64,000 nucleotides of DNA from a virus (Duplodnaviria; Caudoviricetes). Every line of letters begins with the position of its first letter. The first letter of the stretch is position 1. Under the pieces are notes generated by a model, which did no database searches, was not told the origin of the DNA, and saw only the letters and a program-made list of their open reading frames with translations. The stretch is taken from the IMG/VR virus record IMGVR_UViG_3300006922_000005. One strand, 5' to 3'. Below, piece after piece: positions 38,001 to 47,087 of this stretch. The position numbers were made by a program, and so were the translations under genes.

Positions 38001-41000
38001 CTGATCCACTGTATGTTCCGTCTATTACTGATGTTGCATCAAAACCTGTACTTAAACTTGAGTTTGTGTACATAAAGAATTCTGTAGTTCCATTACCACT
38101 AGTAACATCAATATAGTATGCTCCGTCTATTGTAGTAAAACCGTTTCCGTCAAGTCCTTCAATTACTACAACTGAACCATGTCTAAATCCGTGTGCAGAA
38201 CTTGTTGTAATTTTAGTTGCACTACCTACGTTAATACTAGCAATTTCAAATCTAGCACCTGTGATTTCATTTACTACATATTCTGTTGTGTCACTGTTTG
38301 TTGAGTATGCTGTTAATTCAATCCTTGAATCTTCAAAAGGCAAATAATCAAAGTCTTTAATTTTTATTTCTGTATTACCTGATTTGTTAACAGTACCGCC
38401 TACTGTATCTGCTTTAACAATCTGTGTATAATCTGGATCTGGTGAACCAGTTGCTTGTGCGTTAACATGTCTAAAGAATGTTACACCACTTTGTAAGTTT
38501 TCGTTTGGATCACTACCTTCTGCTTTTAAACCAATACGTCCATAACAACTTGAACCGTTAAGTGATCTAATTTGTCCACCGTTTCTTGCCCAATAAGATG
38601 TATCACAATAATAAGTGAATACAGATACTGCTTCAATTAGTCCTGCGTTAGTTGCAATTAATCCAAATCCGTCTGAGTTGATTTGTGTATAGTCATTACA
38701 AGTCATGGACTTGTTACCAGCAGTTTCTAATCTAATTTCAGTTGTTTGTGGAATGTTACCTGTTGAGTTAGATGTTGTTCTTGCTATAATTGTTGTTGTA
38801 CTTGCAAGTGTAAGAGTTTGTTTAAATGTACCTGCACCTAGTCCGTCATCAACTGGTGCTGTTGCTCCAACTACTCTATGTGTAAATTTTTCAAAGTCAC
38901 TTACACCAGTTACAAAGTTTCTTGAATCTTGGTATAAGAATGTTGTTGGTAATTGTATTTCTCTTGTTAAACCTTGTAGTGTAATAGTAGATCCACTTGC
39001 AGGGTTATCAACTACTGTACCATATTGTACACCAGCATTACCGTCAACATATTGACCACCACCACCTTGTCCTGAGAAACTTGAAACTGTTTGTACATAA
39101 GGTGATTTAGTTAAAATTTGTCCTTCTGGATCAAGTACGTTAATAAAACCTTGATGTCTACGTAAACTTAAATTACGTAGTATTGTAGCATTGTTCATTA
39201 AGAACAAATCCATATGTTGGTTTAGTTTCTTAAGTTCAATTACTGTATTGTTATTAATTGTTGCACCAAGTGTTGTAGCCGTTGTTGTATTGATGTCAGA
39301 GTAAATATTACCTCTCCATCTACTAGTATCTCCAACAGCATCTGGATCACTTGCCCAATCTTTAACGTAATATGTTACAGAGTTACTAACAAAGTATAAA
39401 CCGTTAACTGGAGGATAAGCAACATCTTTGATTGTAATTTGATTACTACCAATTTGGTTAACTGAACCACTAAATGTATCTGCACGTGAATACTGTGAGT
39501 CATAGTGATTTCTAAATCTTGATTCTTTTGGAAGTGCTGTTCCGTTATATCTTAATAAGTCACCTTTTTCATATGTTAAGTCGATTGCACGTGAAGGAGG
39601 TCTAACGCCAACTAATGGTTGTATAATTGTACGTCTAAACTCATCACCTTTAAGTGAAACATTTTCTGGCAATACAATTGGAAAGTATTCTTCGTAAAGT
39701 CCTGACTCAACAAAAATTGTAATTTCAGGTAATGGAATATTTGTTTCTCTACCTTCACCGCCTGTTTTTGTTGGAGCAACACCTGTACCGTTTGTAATCA
39801 CATTGGTAATAATGTCCATCAATGTACCAATAGTAGTAGACGCTCCTGATTCTGCAATAATTGCCGCATCAATAAATTGTTCAAATCCACTTTGATTACT
39901 AAATGTACCTTCAAATGTTGGTAATGATCCAAGTCCTGAATTAATAACAGTTGTAATACTGTTCATTAAGTTGTTTACTTTTGTACTTGCCGCACCTTCA
40001 CCGTTGTTTGAACTTGTGTATTGTGTATATGTTGATTGTTTACTACTTGTATATGACAAGTTTTGTAAAACAAAGTTTCTTACTAGGTCTTTAGCAAAGT
40101 CTAGTGCATCAACAGTTTGTGCTTGTTGCCCAGCAACTTGACTTGTTGCACCGTCCCAATAGTTTTGTGCGTTATCTCTTGATTTAGTGTTACCACCAAA
40201 TTTTAAATCAAATGCAACGCCTTCTAAAATTAATTTTGTATCACGTCTACATTTAGATTCATTGTATGTAAAGCCTGTCCAAATACCTACATTGTTTGTA
40301 ATTTGATCATTAATATATGCAATAGTTTCTTCAGCAACAAAATCTAAGTTTTGTGTAATTAAATCATGTGCATAAGGATTTCTAGTATTGCTTGGAGCAA
40401 CATATGCAGTGTTTGTTAAAACATTTGTTGTAATTAAATTTTTAGCAAAGTTAATTGCCGCTACTGTTTCACTTTGTTGTCCTGCAACTCTTGATGTAGC
40501 ACCATCCCAATAACTTAATGCCGCATCAACAGTTTTTGAATTACCTACATAAGTTAAATCAAAACTTACAGCATCAATAATTAATCCTAAGTCTCTAAAA
40601 CACTTGTCTCTATTAAATGTAAATGTATCTGCAAAATCATCTGTGTTGTCGCCATCGTTGATTTCGTTTTCAATAAATGCAAGAGTTTCTTCTTGAATAA
40701 ATCTTCTGTTGTCAACAAGTAATTTATTAGCCAGTACGTTTGTTAAATCTTCAGTACCGTCTGCCGCTAGATTAACTGTGTATGGTCCAGGTTTCTTAGA
40801 AGGAACTTTCCAATAAACATCTCCTGTAAATAGTCCTTGATCTTTAAGAACTATATCACCTTTTATAATACGTTCTGCATAAAAACATGCTTCACGTACA
40901 GAGTTAAATGCATATGATTGAGCACGACCAATTTGATTTTCATCAGCACCTGCCGCTTTCATCTGTGCTTCTGTTCTACCTGACTTACTTACAAAAATAT

Positions 41001-41667
41001 TGTTTGTACTTGTAAAACTATTTTTATCTACATAACCTTTTGTCGCCGCTTGTAATGATGGATCTGCAAATGATGGTGTCTCACTTAATAATAGTGGACC
41101 AGTCATTGTGTCACCTGCTAGAGCAACTTTTGAATCTGTATACTTTTTGTTTACTGCTTCATCTGCTAGTGTAGGAACTCTTGGGTCACTACCATTTCTT
41201 AAAAGAATTTGTCCAGTAGCAGTATCACCGCCACCTGCTAAAAAGTTAGTATCAACATAATCTTTAGTTGCGGCATCTCCTGTTTTTAACGGAGTACCTA
41301 AGTTTTCAATTAAAAAGTTGTTAGCATCTAAGTTACCACCAAGTTCCGGACTTGTATCACGTACAACTTCTGTACCTGTATTTCTAATAATAATTTTTGT
41401 AGGATCAGTAGCATTGTCAATAGTAAGGCCTTCACCTTCTAATAGTTTTTCTACTACTGCATCACCAGTTGTATTAGTTGCTAAAATTTTGTTTGCTGTA
41501 ATTGCTGAAGGAGTATTATCTAAGTTTTGAAAGTTTAAACCACCACCTAGTCCTAGTGCCGCATAAATTTCAACAAAGTTGTTATTAACTTTATCAAAAC
41601 CTACTCTAATACTATCACCGGTAGCGTCATTACCCGTAGTACCAATGTTTACTTCTTTACGTGCCAT
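35080..41667 (-). CDS. Very long tail fibre/virion structural protein, 2195 aa
   Basis: Same N-terminal module as 32068..35058; repeated DAATKxYVD and ITTSSAH(G/D) modules; C-terminal ADLAE...GTV...VAGVVSTNPAHLMN...VALTGRVPCKV chaperone-like domain. Confidence 0.8.
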   Translation of the reverse strand: MARKEVNIGTTGNDATGDSIRVGFDKVNNNFVEIYAALGLGGGLNFQNLDNTPSAITANKILATNTTGDAVVEKLLEGEGLTIDNATDPTKIIIRNTGTEVVRDTSPELGGNLDANNFLIENLGTPLKTGDAATKDYVDTNFLAGGGDTATGQILLRNGSDPRVPTLADEAVNKKYTDSKVALAGDTMTGPLLLSETPSFADPSLQAATKGYVDKNSFTSTNNIFVSKSGRTEAQMKAAGADENQIGRAQSYAFNSVREACFYAERIIKGDIVLKDQGLFTGDVYWKVPSKKPGPYTVNLAADGTEDLTNVLANKLLVDNRRFIQEETLAFIENEINDGDNTDDFADTFTFNRDKCFRDLGLIIDAVSFDLTYVGNSKTVDAALSYWDGATSRVAGQQSETVAAINFAKNLITTNVLTNTAYVAPSNTRNPYAHDLITQNLDFVAEETIAYINDQITNNVGIWTGFTYNESKCRRDTKLILEGVAFDLKFGGNTKSRDNAQNYWDGATSQVAGQQAQTVDALDFAKDLVRNFVLQNLSYTSSKQSTYTQYTSSNNGEGAASTKVNNLMNSITTVINSGLGSLPTFEGTFSNQSGFEQFIDAAIIAESGASTTIGTLMDIITNVITNGTGVAPTKTGGEGRETNIPLPEITIFVESGLYEEYFPIVLPENVSLKGDEFRRTIIQPLVGVRPPSRAIDLTYEKGDLLRYNGTALPKESRFRNHYDSQYSRADTFSGSVNQIGSNQITIKDVAYPPVNGLYFVSNSVTYYVKDWASDPDAVGDTSRWRGNIYSDINTTTATTLGATINNNTVIELKKLNQHMDLFLMNNATILRNLSLRRHQGFINVLDPEGQILTKSPYVQTVSSFSGQGGGGQYVDGNAGVQYGTVVDNPASGSTITLQGLTREIQLPTTFLYQDSRNFVTGVSDFEKFTHRVVGATAPVDDGLGAGTFKQTLTLASTTTIIARTTSNSTGNIPQTTEIRLETAGNKSMTCNDYTQINSDGFGLIATNAGLIEAVSVFTYYCDTSYWARNGGQIRSLNGSSCYGRIGLKAEGSDPNENLQSGVTFFRHVNAQATGSPDPDYTQIVKADTVGGTVNKSGNTEIKIKDFDYLPFEDSRIELTAYSTNSDTTEYVVNEITGARFEIASINVGSATKITTSSAHGFRHGSVVVIEGLDGNGFTTIDGAYYIDVTSGNGTTEFFMYTNSSLSTGFDATSVIDGTYSGSGADAIFGGKATLSLGSALNIGTGTQIPNDANITLTIGKKVLLTGITDAPRVLPSSALKFAGVGIDAQVFRILNVERFDVQEPTGTVSNVQEHLLDLRVPPNLSSGTTSIVTTRISTMRATGHDFLNIGWGNYIDSNYPNNVYGSPEGKPDFSADQANEAVEVGSGRTFYASTDQDGNFRVGQFFRVNQGDGSVELNANIGLTNVDSLKFTKGTSIDEFSTDRKMQGQSDDAVPTESTLVKYINSSIIGQHEDGSDFPEPSTTGSQAAGGTFGLLNRAGYNGTNLAWNRMNGELNLNANKITNIFQGTNNTDAINKLYADSVFKGDFTDSVRTDVTAFVMLNDSTVDSGSIDMNGNRIKSLRDPVDGSDAVTKQYVDTQNSIGGLEGTTITGNPANTDLLMFTGTNTVDGLGNPIVGMVNTALDTTTDAVSGSRTFGEPTGTGSDIRFIRAGNSIQVGLATGSIKDPDVSEIAGIQQSKLSMELATARASANAGGKAISGVTLSNPIRITTSSAHDLVNGDLIGINNIAGTIELNTNFYYISKVDNTNFTIYTDQALTGAVNGTVGFTPYISGGFVTNSRMIQQSSGLAAFDDSQFTIDTGWVTLKTSTGLTDGVPLSKIVHQAASSILGVPAGGGAASAVSPLTPAQVRTIANVEDGADVTDYANVKTAGALMKDGTVSMNDATTLRVVNLEPKVDNTTDLGSSTKFWNDIYGTTLHAEVIKKKDTATNFTIQNNAGATALTIAEVVANSSFAGSAAKLTTARAISVSGAVTGTVDFDGSGAADISTSVNHNHDADYVDIDGDTMTGTLIGRAIRPSANNTYDLGTSGNKYANVYATLFQGTATSARFADLAENYLGDNTYEPGTVIMFGGENEVTKANEMMTTKVAGVVSTNPAHLMNADLAGDFVVTVALTGRVPCKVVGNITKGDMIVTSDVPGVGVATDNPKLGSVIGKALQDYNSTDIGTIEVVVGRL

Positions 41668-41670
41668 ATT

Positions 41671-41994
41671 TTAAACTCCGAAACTTTCCCCACATCCGCA
41701 ACTGCTTGTTGCGTTAGGATTGCTAATATTCATATAAGAACCAAAAACTTCTTTCTTAAAGTCTACTGTTGTACCTGCTACAAACATTAGACCTGCTCCA
41801 TCAATGGCAAAACTACCATTGCTTAATTCTATTACTTCATCGTCTTTGTTTACTTCGTTAACAGCATGCCATTCATACGTAAAACCAGCACATCCGCCGC
41901 CCTTAACGCTTAATTTAACGTACTTTGTGCCTTCCTTGGCAATTACGCTTTCCATGTGTTCTTTTGCTGAATCTGTTACATTTACGATGCTCAT
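41671..41994 (-). CDS. iscA: A-type Fe-S carrier (IscA/SufA/HesB family)
   Basis: VKGGGCAGFTY, NPNATSSCGCGESF. Confidence 0.93.
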   Translation of the reverse strand: MSIVNVTDSAKEHMESVIAKEGTKYVKLSVKGGGCAGFTYEWHAVNEVNKDDEVIELSNGSFAIDGAGLMFVAGTTVDFKKEVFGSYMNISNPNATSSCGCGESFGV

Positions 41995-42051
41995 GTCAAT
42001 ATTTATGTTAAAATTTTATAATCCGAATGTAAACGAGTAAATACAACTGAA

Positions 42052-42339
42052 ATGTTTATTAGAGTCGAAAACAGCATTACACATTACTATCGTAAGAGTA
42101 AAAAGGGTAAGTTTCACCCTTATAAACGCATGAAACAAATAGCAGTATTTGTTTGCGATGAGTGTGAAAAAGAATTTAAACGTGAAAAAGGTAAAGTAGA
42201 CCCTAAACGTTTAAGCGACAATTACTTCCATGTATGTGAAAACTGTGATCCTAAGAGATTTGCACAAAAGAAAGGCGTTCAAAAACGTCTTGTGTGGAAT
42301 ATGCCTGCTGGTAGTAGTTTAGATATTAGTAAAATTTAA
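42052..42339 (+). CDS. Hypothetical Zn-ribbon-like protein
   Basis: CDEC and CENC pairs; TAAATA at 42038-42043. Confidence 0.7.
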   Translation: MFIRVENSITHYYRKSKKGKFHPYKRMKQIAVFVCDECEKEFKREKGKVDPKRLSDNYFHVCENCDPKRFAQKKGVQKRLVWNMPAGSSLDISKI

Positions 42340-42704
42340 AAGTCTAAAGCAAGTTGCCATTCTTCTGCAACGTTATCTTTGCTCCATTGCGGAAGCATAG
42401 TAGTAACTACTTCAACATTATTAATTTTATCATGTGCTTCAAGTGTAAGTTTTTTCACTTGTTTAAGAAGTTCATCAGCAAACGGACACCATGCACTAGT
42501 GAATGTCATTAATACATGTAATGTACCGTCTGCTGTGATTTTAAGATCATATATCAACCCTAGGTCGTATATGTTTATAGAAATTTCAGGATCAAATATC
42601 CCTTTTAGAGCATCAATTACTGATGAACGTACTTCATCACGTAGTACAGGATCTTCTTGTACATTGTCTAAAGTTTTTTCAAAGGCATTTGATTCGACTT
42701 GCAT
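42336..42704 (-). CDS. sufT: SufT/MIP18 (DUF59) Fe-S assembly protein (start revised to MQVESN)
   Basis: IFDPEISINIYDLGLIY, MTFTSAWCP, PQWSKD. Confidence 0.85.
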   Translation of the reverse strand: MQVESNAFEKTLDNVQEDPVLRDEVRSSVIDALKGIFDPEISINIYDLGLIYDLKITADGTLHVLMTFTSAWCPFADELLKQVKKLTLEAHDKINNVEVVTTMLPQWSKDNVAEEWQLALDF

Positions 42705-42868
42705 TAGTCTTCTTTTTTCCAAATAGTCCATGCACCATATGCAATAGCCGCATATGCCGCTAGTTTTGCAAAAGGTCCTGCAATAAGAACAATAACTCCG
42801 ATTGCAATAAGAGCCGCTCCATCTAGTGATGTACGCTCTTCAAGTCTTGCTTTAATCCAATTTTTCAT
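42704..42868 (-). CDS. 54-aa two-TM membrane protein (not in ORF track)
   Basis: MKNWIKARLEERTSLDGAALIAIGVIVLIAGPFAKLAAYAAIAYGAWTIWKKED; SD AAGGGGA; TAATG coupling to sufT. Confidence 0.75.
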   Translation of the reverse strand: MKNWIKARLEERTSLDGAALIAIGVIVLIAGPFAKLAAYAAIAYGAWTIWKKED

Positions 42869-42879
42869 TTGTTTCCCCT

Positions 42880-43086
42880 TTATTTCTTTGTTGCTTTTTT
42901 CTTTGCAACTGTTTTCTTGGCCGCTGTTTTTTTAGCAGGCGCTTTTTTCTTGGCCGCTGGTTTTTTAGCAGGCGCTTTTTTCTTTGTAACTGTTTTCTTC
43001 TTAGGTTTCTTCTCTTTTACTTCCATTTCTTTTGTAAGTACAAGAGTTTCTTCTGATGAAAATAGTCGTGTTAACCATCCAAACAT
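42880..43086 (-). CDS. Histone H1-like Lys/Ala/Pro-rich protein
   Basis: Tandem KKKAPAKK(P/T)AA repeat (33-nt unit); amphipathic MFGWLTRLFS N-terminus. Confidence 0.7.
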   Translation of the reverse strand: MFGWLTRLFSSEETLVLTKEMEVKEKKPKKKTVTKKKAPAKKPAAKKKAPAKKTAAKKTVAKKKATKK

Positions 43087-43095
43087 CTTATTCTC

Positions 43096-43650
43096 CTATT
43101 TGTCTGTTAATATAATTACCCCGCAGGCTAGTCTTTCACCTGCGTTTCCGGTTTTGAGTGATTCTTCATCTCCGCCTTTGCCAAGATCGTCCTCATCTGA
43201 ATGAACTACAATACTACGACCCACTACACTTCGTTTGCCTATAAGGTCAATACGTTCTGCAATGATGGTGAAGTCGGCTATGCCGTCTGTGTTCGCTGTA
43301 ACATTTTCTAAATCGCCAACGTGACCGTTCTGTAATCCGCCGTGATCTACATTATCCGGATTGTAGTGGCCACCAGCAGTTTCACAGCCATTTGTCAAAT
43401 CACCAAATTCGTGTATATGAAATCCATGTTTGCCCGGCTCAAGTCCTGTAATACGTCCTACAATTACAGTGCCTTCACCTTCGTTCATTTGTCTTAATAG
43501 AATAGTACCTTTTACTGTTTCACTTTGTTCTAGTTCGCACATGGCTGTAACATGTGATTGTGATTCAGTTAGTGCTGATAAGTGGTTGCACTGGCACTCA
43601 GTGGCCTTCGTTCTAAAGCAACGTTTATCTGATATCTCTTGTAATTTCAT
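43096..43650 (-). CDS. sodC: Cu/Zn superoxide dismutase with an N-terminal extension
   Basis: [18 protein letters not shown]...[35 protein letters not shown]. Confidence 0.95.
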   Translation of the reverse strand: MKLQEISDKRCFRTKATECQCNHLSALTESQSHVTAMCELEQSETVKGTILLRQMNEGEGTVIVGRITGLEPGKHGFHIHEFGDLTNGCETAGGHYNPDNVDHGGLQNGHVGDLENVTANTDGIADFTIIAERIDLIGKRSVVGRSIVVHSDEDDLGKGGDEESLKTGNAGERLACGVIILTDK

Positions 43651-43658
43651 ACAACTAT

Positions 43659-43817
43659 TTATTGTTCTTTTTTATACAAGTCCCATAATTTATACTTGTT
43701 TCTCCAAGTGTTCATCTCTGATGCTAACTTGTCGTTATGTGGTATAAACTTTAGAGGTTCTTGCTCGAGTACTTTCCGGATTGGACTGCTCTCGAATAAA
43801 ATCTCGTCCTCGCTCAT
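43659..43817 (-). CDS. 52-aa hypothetical protein overlapping the 3' end of uvsE (not in ORF track)
   Basis: [52 protein letters not shown]; its TAA is part of the sodC late promoter. Confidence 0.5.
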   Translation of the reverse strand: MSEDEILFESSPIRKVLEQEPLKFIPHNDKLASEMNTWRNKYKLWDLYKKEQ

Positions 43818-44847
43818 AACAATATTTATGCAAATTAATACTTGCTAGATTTTTTGCTTTGCTTTCACACATGATATCTGCATATGGTAAAAATGATAAT
43901 GCCCAGTCATTAACAGCATTGTTAGGATAGTAGTCACTGTGGGCTCTTAGTTTGCCTTTCTTGTATCCTGCTTCTAATAGTGCAGGCATGTTAGGCATAG
44001 TATCGTGTGCAAACCCTTCTGGCAGTGCTTCATCTCTGCTGTATGAATAATGTATCACAGGACGCACACCACGCCACGAATCAATTACACGAGCAAATCT
44101 ATCGTCAGTGGGACGCATATATTCACCTTCACGACACCAGTGGTGGTGTATGTCCAGTACGAGGGCACAGGTGTCGACCAACTCGAGACTGTCCATGATA
44201 CCCCATTTGTTTTCATCGTTCTCAATCGTAATGCAGTTTCTCGCTTCTTGAGATAATCTTGTGTTAACTGCGTGTTTGATACCGGCTGGACCTTGTCTGC
44301 CTGATATATGGACATTGCATTTGAAGTCCTGGAAGGTCTTGCCGTATCCCATCCAGCGTATGACATCGGTGTGATATTCAAATTCTTCTACGCTCCTATT
44401 TACTATTTCCGGATTATCTGAAGCAAGGACTGTAAATTGGCCTGGGTGCATTGAGAGTCTAACATCGAGGGCTCTTGCTGTTTCTCCGACTTTCGCAAAT
44501 TCTCTCGACGCATATTCCACCACGTCAGGCTTACGCCAATAATAACTCCAATCGTGCTGGGTATAAACAGGAAGTACATCACTACCCAATCTGACCATTC
44601 TAAGTTCATCTGGCAATCCTCCTACATACTTGATAAGATTGTGGTACGCTTCAATATTGTGTACCATGATATCCCACAAGCGTTCTTCAGCAACATCTTT
44701 AGTTTGTCTATTAAGCCACTGAACTGTTGTACTACGAGTATTTAGTGGCCGCTGAATTTCTTCTAGTAGTTTTTTCTTTTGTGTTTGATCTGGATGCATG
44801 TACTTACATGCAAAGCCTAAACGTCTAACAGTTCCAGTCGAATTCAT
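43735..44847 (-). CDS. uvsE: UV-damage endonuclease UvsE/UvdE
   Basis: RLGFACKY, RLSMHPGQF, CNVHISG, ITIENDE, LVLDIHHHW, HYS, HSDY, DIMCESKAKN. Confidence 0.92.
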   Translation of the reverse strand: MNSTGTVRRLGFACKYMHPDQTQKKKLLEEIQRPLNTRSTTVQWLNRQTKDVAEERLWDIMVHNIEAYHNLIKYVGGLPDELRMVRLGSDVLPVYTQHDWSYYWRKPDVVEYASREFAKVGETARALDVRLSMHPGQFTVLASDNPEIVNRSVEEFEYHTDVIRWMGYGKTFQDFKCNVHISGRQGPAGIKHAVNTRLSQEARNCITIENDENKWGIMDSLELVDTCALVLDIHHHWCREGEYMRPTDDRFARVIDSWRGVRPVIHYSYSRDEALPEGFAHDTMPNMPALLEAGYKKGKLRAHSDYYPNNAVNDWALSFLPYADIMCESKAKNLASINLHKYCYERGRDFIREQSNPESTRARTSKVYTT

Positions 44848-45559
44848 CTTTTAGTATCTTCCAAGTTTCTTTGTAGTTCTTTACATTATAGCAGTGACCA
44901 AGGTCCTTGTCAATGATTACTTTTTTCAAAGGATAGTCATTTCCTTCTTTGTGCATTGCATCACCAAAGAAATGTAATATATCATTAACAGGATCAAAAT
45001 CTTTTATAATTTGGCTTTTATCAAAACCGTTTGGGAAAATATCCATTCCAGTTTCGCCACCTACTACTGCTTTTAATCTTGGAAAATAATTATTGAACGC
45101 CGTTGCAATAGTATTTCGTTCATCGTGCTTTGTATCATATTCTACATATAGTTTTCTTTCGCCTAATGTAGCATGACGTCCTACAATACTAAAGTTAACC
45201 ATGCCTGGTCGTTCTTCAATATGGTTACCTGTACGTAATGGAAATGTACTTTCCTCTAGTTTAGACTCTAACCAATGTCGTGTATCTTTAGGTAATATCC
45301 AAGAACTTGTATGAATATTTTTTTCGCCTTTGTATATATCACAGCCACTGCAATTATATACAAGTTCAGCCATGCCGTACAGTCTATCGCCTATTTGTTC
45401 AACTGTTTTAGGTCTATCACTACCTGTAACAAGGTATACATAATTAGTTTTACAAAAATGAAAAAAGAACTTTTCAAACTCAGGATCAATCTTCCCTCTA
45501 CTAGGAGTAAGTGTTCCGTCTACATCAAAAATAAATCTGTTTACAACTGTCATGTCCAA
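44825..45559 (-). CDS. HAD-IIB phosphomannomutase-like (eukaryotic PMM type)
   Basis: FDVDGTLTPSR, VTGSD, GNHIEERPGMVNFSIVGR, FFGD...GNDYP. Confidence 0.85.
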   Translation of the reverse strand: MDMTVVNRFIFDVDGTLTPSRGKIDPEFEKFFFHFCKTNYVYLVTGSDRPKTVEQIGDRLYGMAELVYNCSGCDIYKGEKNIHTSSWILPKDTRHWLESKLEESTFPLRTGNHIEERPGMVNFSIVGRHATLGERKLYVEYDTKHDERNTIATAFNNYFPRLKAVVGGETGMDIFPNGFDKSQIIKDFDPVNDILHFFGDAMHKEGNDYPLKKVIIDKDLGHCYNVKNYKETWKILKDEFDWNC

Positions 45560-46428
45560 TTATTCCTTACCCACGGATCTTCACACATATGAGGATTTGG
45601 GTCACCGTGAAAGACACAAATACAACATTGACTAGGTGGTACTACATCTTCTACTTTACTAAATTTTCTATTACCTTTTGCACCGCTTTGTAAAGATCTA
45701 TCTTTACGTATTTCCCATTTCCAACTTTGTATCCATTCATCAGGCCAAGTTTTGGCTGTACCTTTTGCCGCTGTCCATAACCAGTCTTGATCTCCAAAGT
45801 GTTTTTGGATAATTGCTTTTGGATCTTTAATAAAGTCTGTCCATACATGATTGAGTTGACCTAACTTAAATCTAATTACAGAACTATTATACTTTTCCCA
45901 TTTAGGTTGCATTGCTCTTGTAAAATCTCTGATAACACACCAATCATCTGTTTCGTATTCAAACAATTTATTTAGGTTACCACTAATAACTACATCAAGA
46001 TCCATATATAAAATTGTACTATCTTGTGCTAGAGGTAAATTTGCACTATACATATATGGTTTACACCACCAACCTGAAAGTTCTTTTGGTAACTCTAAAC
46101 ATTGAATGTCTTTATCTAAGCCTCTAGGATCATCTGTAAGACAAACAAACTTAAAAGGAATAGTTAGGTTACGTTTTACCATACTGTACAATACATTTAC
46201 ATATTGACTAGAATATTTGTTACCGTGTTTTAAACATAATACATAATTTTGTTTATGTAATTTATCAGGTGCACGTTCTCCATAAAGTTCTTGCCAATCT
46301 TTTGTTTTTTGTTCTTCACTAGCAATGCGTAACTTGGCTTCTAATTTATCTTGCTTTTCTTTTCGACGCTTTTCACGAATAATTTTCCACTGTTCTTTTG
46401 TGTATTGTGATTTGTCTAGTTTTGCCAT
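45550..46428 (-). CDS. Glycosyltransferase (GT-A, DxD) with a charged N-terminal extension
   Basis: GWWCKP, LYMDLDVVI, YNSSVIRF, GDQDW, VFHGDPNPH. Confidence 0.75.
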   Translation of the reverse strand: MAKLDKSQYTKEQWKIIREKRRKEKQDKLEAKLRIASEEQKTKDWQELYGERAPDKLHKQNYVLCLKHGNKYSSQYVNVLYSMVKRNLTIPFKFVCLTDDPRGLDKDIQCLELPKELSGWWCKPYMYSANLPLAQDSTILYMDLDVVISGNLNKLFEYETDDWCVIRDFTRAMQPKWEKYNSSVIRFKLGQLNHVWTDFIKDPKAIIQKHFGDQDWLWTAAKGTAKTWPDEWIQSWKWEIRKDRSLQSGAKGNRKFSKVEDVVPPSQCCICVFHGDPNPHMCEDPWVRNNWT

Positions 46429-47087
46429 CTATCAATGTCCTCGGGAGTGTTTATTTCTACTCCATTAAAATCAGCATGTAGGCATCCTATATCCCAACCT
46501 GCTTTAAGCCAGCGTAATTGCTCTAACTTCTCAACTTGTTCTTCTTGTTCAATTTCGTAAGTATTATAAAATTCTAATACGTTGCGTGAGTATCCGTATA
46601 TACCTAAATGCCAATGTCCGTATCCTGTAATACCTCTACCAAACCATAATGCTTTATCGCCTGATCGAATCATCTTAACACTATTAGGATCGTCTTGCAT
46701 TTCTTTGGGCATGTCTGTCCACAACGTAGTTATTTGATAATGTTGCAAATGCCATATGCATCGCTCTATCATTTGTAATGTTACATCAGGCATATCACCT
46801 TGTACATTTACAAACTGATCATACTCGTCTAGTAATGCACTTTTCTTAACTGCACCTGCAATTCGTTCAGTACCATTTTCATAATCATCATTGTCCATAA
46901 TACAATTTGGACCAATAACATTATAAATGTCTTGATGATCAGTAAGCACGTATGTTGGTATCTTAGACGCTGTACAAGCGTCATACACTCGCTTTATCAT
47001 AGGAACACCATTAAGCATAGCAAGTGGTTTACCAGGAAAGCGTGTGCTACCGTATCTAGCCGGTATAAGAATAGCGGTGGATTTCAT
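46416..47087 (-). CDS. kdsB: CMP-KDO synthetase
   Basis: IPARYGSTRFPGKPL, GTER, VNVQGD, HLGIYGY, EKLEQLRWL, INTPED. Confidence 0.93.
   Translation of the reverse strand: MKSTAILIPARYGSTRFPGKPLAMLNGVPMIKRVYDACTASKIPTYVLTDHQDIYNVIGPNCIMDNDDYENGTERIAGAVKKSALLDEYDQFVNVQGDMPDVTLQMIERCIWHLQHYQITTLWTDMPKEMQDDPNSVKMIRSGDKALWFGRGITGYGHWHLGIYGYSRNVLEFYNTYEIEQEEQVEKLEQLRWLKAGWDIGCLHADFNGVEINTPEDIDRWQN

Noticed and set aside
36398-39055. Long plus-strand ORFs (for example 256 aa at 36398) opposite the tail fibre; similar ones at 5016, 8980, 10766, 15310, 33536-35422 and 62301
   Set aside because: These are antisense shadows of strongly biased coding frames, with S/L/V/P-rich composition and no start signals.
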